From Planctomycetaceae bacterium (GTDB lineage: Bacteria; Planctomycetota; Planctomycetia; Planctomycetales; Planctomycetaceae): 64,000 bases of DNA. Below the pieces are notes generated by a model that was not told where the DNA came from, searched no databases, and worked only from the letters and a program-made list of their open reading frames with translations. Where the stretch lies: the NCBI GenBank assembly GCA_002724315.1, contig PBOJ01000102.1, positions 10,925-74,924 on the forward strand, read 5' to 3'. Both the position numbers and the translations under genes were made by a program. This document shows positions 60,910 to 64,000 of this stretch, piece by piece (position 1 is the stretch's first letter; every line of letters begins with the position of its first letter).

Positions 60910-62256
60910 ATGACCCATTCCTCCGCTCGCACCACCTCCCGGCTCTCGTCCTACTGCGACGGCCTGAACCGGCGAGAAATGCTTTCCGTCGGCAGCCTGG
61001 GCGGCCTCGGCCTGGCCGAGTTGCTGTGGATGCAGGAGTCGTTCGCCAAGGCGAAGGGCAAACCGGTCCGGGACATCAACTGCATCTTCCTGTTCGCTCT
61101 GGGCGGTCAACCTCATCAGGACATGTGGGACGTCAAGCCCGACGCGCCCTCGGAAATCCGTGGCGACTTCAACCCCATCTCGACCAAGGCCTCCGGCATC
61201 CAGATCTCCGATGTCCTGCCACGCATCTCGACCATCACCGACAAGCTGGCGATCATGCGCAGTGTCACTCACGTCGACAGTGACCACGGCCGTGGTTACC
61301 ACGTGATGATGACCGGCAAGCGACCCGGGGCGGGCGATTTCAACGGCAACCAGAACAACAACCATCACCCCTGCCTGGGCTCGATGGTCTCCCGGCTGGG
61401 AACCCCGGGGGAACTGCCCCCCTACATCAGCGTCCCCAACTTCCTCAACAGCGGCGGCCCCTCGTTCCTGGGCCCCAGCTACGGTCCGTTCGTGATCGAG
61501 GCCGACCCGGCCGCCCCCGACTTCTCGGTCCGCGACATCACCCTGCCCACGGCCATCTCGACCAACCGCAACGCCCGCCGCCAGGCGGTGCTCCGCGAGA
61601 TCAACCGGTTCGAACGGCAGGCCGAAACCGTCGGCCGAAGCGTCCGATCGCTGGACACCTTCTACCAGAAGGCCGCGGGGCTGATGACGTCGAAGAAAGC
61701 CAAGGAAGCGTTCGACATTCATCGTGAGTCCGACAAGACCAGGGCCGAGTACGGCATGACGTCGGTCGGCCAGTGCTGCCTGCTGTCCCGACGACTGGTC
61801 GAGGCCGGATGCCGGTTCGTGGCCATCGAGAACGGTCACTGGGACACGCACCGGAAGAACACCTACAGCCTCAAGGACCTGCTCTGCCCATCGTTCGACC
61901 GTGCCGTCCCCGCCTTGCTCAACGACCTCGAACAACGCGGCATGCTCGACGACACGCTGGTGGTCATCTCGACCGAATTCGGCCGCACACCACAGATCAA
62001 CCAGTTGGCCGGTCGCGACCACTGGCCCAACGTCTTCTCGATCGCGATGGCCGGTGGAGGTGTCAAGGGGGGACAGGTGATCGGGGCCAGTGACCGGCGG
62101 GCCGCCGGTGTGGCCGATCGACCGATCACACCCGGCGACATGACCGCCACGGTGCTCGACCTGATGGGCATCGATCCCCGCCAGATCCTTCACACCCCGC
62201 TTGGACGCCCGATCCCGCTGGTCGACGACGGTCGTCCCATCACCGAGTTGACCTAG
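60910..62256 (+). CDS. DUF1501 protein
   Basis: …GGQPHQDMWDVKP…, …TEFGRTPQINQLAGRDHWPNVFSIAMAGGG… DUF1501 blocks. Confidence 0.85.
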   Translation: MTHSSARTTSRLSSYCDGLNRREMLSVGSLGGLGLAELLWMQESFAKAKGKPVRDINCIFLFALGGQPHQDMWDVKPDAPSEIRGDFNPISTKASGIQISDVLPRISTITDKLAIMRSVTHVDSDHGRGYHVMMTGKRPGAGDFNGNQNNNHHPCLGSMVSRLGTPGELPPYISVPNFLNSGGPSFLGPSYGPFVIEADPAAPDFSVRDITLPTAISTNRNARRQAVLREINRFERQAETVGRSVRSLDTFYQKAAGLMTSKKAKEAFDIHRESDKTRAEYGMTSVGQCCLLSRRLVEAGCRFVAIENGHWDTHRKNTYSLKDLLCPSFDRAVPALLNDLEQRGMLDDTLVVISTEFGRTPQINQLAGRDHWPNVFSIAMAGGGVKGGQVIGASDRRAAGVADRPITPGDMTATVLDLMGIDPRQILHTPLGRPIPLVDDGRPITELT

Positions 62257-62277
62257 CGGCCCCCGGAGTCCTCACCC

Positions 62278-64000
62278 GTGATCAGCCGACTTGCTCCTGC
62301 CAGCCTCAGTGTCATCGCCGCCGCAATGTTCGCGGTGCTGTCTGTTCCGGCCCCCGTCGTGGCCCAGCCCAAGCCCGGCTACAGCCCTTCCAGCACACAC
62401 ATCTTCCCCGCCGGAGGCCGCCGCGGAACGACGGTTCGTGTGCGGATCGGAACCGAGTGCACCCCGCGGGATACCGATTTCCTGGTTTACGGCCAGGGTG
62501 TCACCGCCGGAAAACAACTCAACAAGCGACTCCCACGCAGCCTCGGTGAACCGGATCCCAGACGGAAGCCGACAGAAGTCCCCATCACCTATCCCCGTGA
62601 ATGGGACCAGCAAATCGTGATCGCCAGCGACGCCCCGCTGGGACAGGCGCTGTGGCGGATCAGTTGTGCCCAGGGTGGCACCGGCACCCGGCCCTTCCTG
62701 GTCGGAGATCTGCCCGAACACATCGAGACCGAATCGAACTCGGTCCCGGGCCGCGCCGAACAACTCACATTGCCGGTCACTCTCAACGGACAGGTCTACG
62801 GCGAACGGGACATCGATTTCTTCCGCCTGAAGCTCAAAAAAGGCCAGGTACTGGTCTGTGACATCCTGGCCGGACGTATTGGTAGTCGGCTCGATCCGAT
62901 GGTCCAGTTGCTCGACGCCGACGGACGGGTGCTTGATGTCCAGGAGATCCGAATCGGACGCGATCCGGTGATCGCTCTCGAGGCTCCGCACGACGGCGAC
63001 TACCTGCTGCGGGTCGCCAACATCACCTTCCACGGCAACGCCGCCTGCGTTTATCGCATCACGCTCTCGACTCGCCCCCTGGTCGTCTCGGCCTTTCCTT
63101 CCGGAGGGAAAGCGGGCACCAGTTCGGTTGTCGAATTCCACAGCATGACCGGTCGGCCCGGCCCCCTGGCTGTCGAGCAGAAGAAGATCACGTTTCCGGT
63201 CGGCGAAGCGGTGCTGCGTCCGTGGGGAGCACGAGGCCCCGCGCTGTCGGTCAATGGCTACCGCCACGCAACCGAAACCGAACCCAACAACGGGTCCGAT
63301 TCGGCCGGGGAGACGGCACCCGGCACCACCATGTACGGCCGCCTGTCGGATGCCCGCGACCTCGACCGGTTCACTTTCACCGCCAAGAAAGGGCGGAGTT
63401 ATTCCCTGTCCGCGCGCGCCGCGATTCCCGGGGCGCCCATCCTGCCGGTATTGACGCTCACCGACACACAAGGAAAGCGACTGGGGCGGGCCACCGCGGT
63501 GGGCAACCCCGACGGTGAGGCGAGAATCGAATGGTCTGCTGCGGCCGACGGGAAATGCCAGATCGAACTCCGCGACCTGAGGTTCGGCTCGCGCGGCGGA
63601 AGTGATTTCCTCTACCGGATGACACTCGAGGAATCCGCCCTCGGATTCAGCCTGCATTCCGGTGCCGACGCCATCAACCTGATGCAGGACAAGGACGCCA
63701 CACTGACTCTGAGAATCAAGCGAACCGGTGGATTCCAGGGACCAATCGACCTCGCACTCGAGGGACTTCCCAAGGGGGTCACATTCACTCCCAAGCAGAT
63801 CGCCGCCAAGGCGAGCACCACCAAGCTGGTCTTCAAGGCCACCGCCGACGTCGCATCTCTCAGCTATCCCCTGTCGATCTCCGGAACCGCCAGCATCAAC
63901 GGCAAGACCGTCAGCAGCCGGCTGGCATCCCGGCACCTCGGTGTCGACGGCGAGGGCCTCTCGGCCGACTCGCCCGATGACGATCGCTTCCACCTGACCG
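62278..64000 (+). CDS. Secreted repeat protein with pre-peptidase C-terminal (PPC)-like beta domains; GTG start, continues past window end
   Basis: Frame-1 reading from GTG 62278 is open to nt 64000: VISRLAPASLSVIAAAMFAVLSVPAPVVAQP (signal), then PPC-like units (…GERDIDFFRLKLKKGQVLVCDILAG…DGDYLLRVANITFHG…; …ETEPNNGSDSAGETAPGTTMYGRLSDARDLDRFTFTAKKGRSYSLS…). Not in ORF track (no stop in window). Confidence 0.65.
   Translation, partial: MISRLAPASLSVIAAAMFAVLSVPAPVVAQPKPGYSPSSTHIFPAGGRRGTTVRVRIGTECTPRDTDFLVYGQGVTAGKQLNKRLPRSLGEPDPRRKPTEVPITYPREWDQQIVIASDAPLGQALWRISCAQGGTGTRPFLVGDLPEHIETESNSVPGRAEQLTLPVTLNGQVYGERDIDFFRLKLKKGQVLVCDILAGRIGSRLDPMVQLLDADGRVLDVQEIRIGRDPVIALEAPHDGDYLLRVANITFHGNAACVYRITLSTRPLVVSAFPSGGKAGTSSVVEFHSMTGRPGPLAVEQKKITFPVGEAVLRPWGARGPALSVNGYRHATETEPNNGSDSAGETAPGTTMYGRLSDARDLDRFTFTAKKGRSYSLSARAAIPGAPILPVLTLTDTQGKRLGRATAVGNPDGEARIEWSAAADGKCQIELRDLRFGSRGGSDFLYRMTLEESALGFSLHSGADAINLMQDKDATLTLRIKRTGGFQGPIDLALEGLPKGVTFTPKQIAAKASTTKLVFKATADVASLSYPLSISGTASINGKTVSSRLASRHLGVDGEGLSADSPDDDRFHLT

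Noticed and set aside
62272-63993. 573-aa minus-strand ORF from the track
   Set aside because: Replaced by the plus-strand GTG-start PPC-domain gene (see features). Minus translation is Gly/Arg/Asp-rich with no domain signal.

Overview
High-GC window (about 60-65% GC), almost certainly from a Planctomycetota chromosome. Evidence: three secreted PSCyt/PSD1 (DUF1549/DUF1553) plus DUF1501 modules, an ECF sigma/anti-sigma operon, a Spy/CpxP-like LTXXQ protein, and acidic low-complexity inserts in core proteins. Positions 1-25.3 kb (all minus strand) hold a conserved transcription/translation supercluster: sigma-70 factor, tRNA-Thr(UGU)-Tyr(GUA)-Gly(UCC)-Thr(GGU)-tuf-rpmG-tRNA-Trp-secE-nusG-rplK-rplA-rplJ-rplL-rpoB-rpoC-rpsL-rpsG-fusA-rpsJ-rplC-rplD-rplW-rplB-rpsS-rplV-rpsC. 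rpsC is cut by the window edge and is missing from the ORF track. There is no tufA after fusA. 25.4-30 kb and 49.9-64 kb hold Planctomycete-type secreted modules: PSCyt/PSD1 with DUF1501, TolB-like, a PPC-domain protein and an ECF sigma/anti-sigma operon. 39.8-49.3 kb is mostly housekeeping (nadB, SDR, Mqn-family, ABC-F ATPase, miaA) with a few hypotheticals. The most unusual locus is 30.3-38.8 kb. It is a tightly packed three-gene cassette: an NfeD/YqiJ-like membrane protein, a coiled-coil-extended flotillin (SPFH), and a roughly 1,886-aa multidomain protein with a MoxR/AAA_5-like ATPase module near its C-terminus. I cannot place this cassette in any described system. No CRISPR arrays, transposases, integrases or prophage genes were seen. 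Many long ORFs in the six-frame track are antisense artefacts of high GC and were rejected. The ORF track labels GTG/TTG starts as M; several genes here appear to start with GTG/TTG.
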